Notes under the pieces: generated by a model
Told to the model about the DNA's origin: nothing
The model's database searches: none
The model's input: the letters and a program-made list of their open reading frames with translations, nothing else
From: Octopus sinensis
Taxonomy: Eukaryota
NCBI RefSeq assembly: GCF_006345805.1
Contig: NC_042999.1
Coordinates: 95,604,001-95,668,000 of the forward strand
Length of the DNA stretch: 64,000 bases
Reading direction: 5' to 3'
Position numbers and translations under genes: made by a program
In this document: one piece after another, positions 62,971-64,000 of the stretch
Numbering within the stretch: position 1 is the first letter of the stretch
Layout of the letters: every line of letters starts with the position of its first letter

Positions 62971-63160
62971 GGAGAATTCACGAAAGAAACAAAAGACGAA
63001 GACAGGTGCTTTAGAAAAAAAACAGATGTATTAGTATAACGCTCAGGAACTGAAAAAGTCTTTTACGTTTCGAGCCTACACTCTTCTACAGAAAGGAACA
63101 TAGAAAGAAATGAGGAGAGAAAAAAAATGTGTGTAGTGGCTACCGATCTATCATGGCGAC
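62971..63160 (-). mobile_element. Short Penelope-terminus-like repeat with minimal hammerhead-like motif (63060-63095), inserted in (TA)n
   Basis: Minus strand CTTT-CTGTAGA-A-GAGT GTAG GCTC-GAAAC GTA-AAAG. Microsatellite on both flanks. Sibling copy at 53160. Confidence 0.65.
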
Positions 63161-63187
63161 TCATATATATATATGTGTGTATATATA

Positions 63188-63233
<46 letters not shown>

Positions 63234-63888
63234 ATATACACATACATATGGACAGACAGACGGACGGACAGATGGATTGATTGATTATGAAAATTTGTAT
63301 TTTTATTTATATGTTGTTCAAAGAGTTCCTGCCCTATCAGTTATGTGTGATGTAGTAGTAATATTTTTCCTTGTCCAGGAAATTTACAAGTAAAGTTATA
63401 AACCTTGATAACAGCTAGTAATTTTTCAGAATTATTCAACAGCTTGACAATAAAACCTTCAACTTAAATTTGTGTGAAAATAGGCTACAGTAAAGGTATT
63501 AAAGATATTATGTAACATTAGGAAACATCTGAGAATTAAAATTTGTTCTCAGATTTGCTATTCCAAGAACTTAGCATTACACCTCAGCTTTCAAAATAAT
63601 TTCTCCAAGTGTAATTGTGTCTCTTTACAAAGTAACAATATAAAGTGTTTGCTACTGTTCACTAATGTTCAGTGAAGGCATTCATAAGGAGGTATAGAGG
63701 AAATTGTTACCTGTATTATCTTCTAAAATGTAGTGCAAATAACTCTTCTGAGTAATGATATAGTGTTGTGAGTAGTGGACTAAAATATTCAGCATAATAT
63801 TTTGCCATCACTGTCATAGTTTCATCTTTCAACCACAGTTTATTGTTGGTACATTTTAAAAAACACAGTTAATATTAAAAGTTGAATA

Positions 63889-64000
63889 AAGGCAGTGAGC
63901 TGGCAAAATTCTTTGTATGCCGTGTGAAATGCCGAGTGGCAGTTCCTCCATCTCAAATTCTGCTGAGGTTGACATTGCCTTTTATCCTTTTGGGGTCAAT
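63889..64000 (+). mobile_element. Degenerate SINE (family of 29212-29446), runs off the window
   Basis: AAGGCAGTGAGCTGGCA..TCAAATTCTGCTGAGGTTGACATTGCCTTTTATCCTTTTGGGGTC. Confidence 0.8.

Overview
This is AT-rich, intron-like eukaryotic DNA, not prokaryotic. The repeat families suggest an octopus or other coleoid cephalopod genome, though that is inference. They include tRNA-headed SINEs with internal (TA)n/(TG)n, abundant RTE LINE 3' ends with (GAT)n tails and dense (TA)n microsatellites. Almost everything recognisable is decayed mobile DNA: Tigger/pogo, mariner, hAT (Charlie/Buster), Helitron, piggyBac-type MITEs, RTE, CR1-group, Hero and Penelope-like retroelements. Only one plausible host coding exon is visible (56575-56943 or 57084, + strand, gene unidentified). 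Most listed ORFs are microsatellite artefacts or broken transposon frames. The most notable signals are four type I hammerhead-ribozyme-like motifs from three Penelope-type repeat families, including a tail-to-tail pair bracketing a (TA)n tract. Also notable are a MER85-like piggyBac MITE, SINEs that share one head but carry two alternative tails, and a 63/126-bp higher-order minisatellite grown inside an RTE tail. I found no convincing wholly new system. All assignments are by eye, boundaries of old elements are approximate, and no database search was run.
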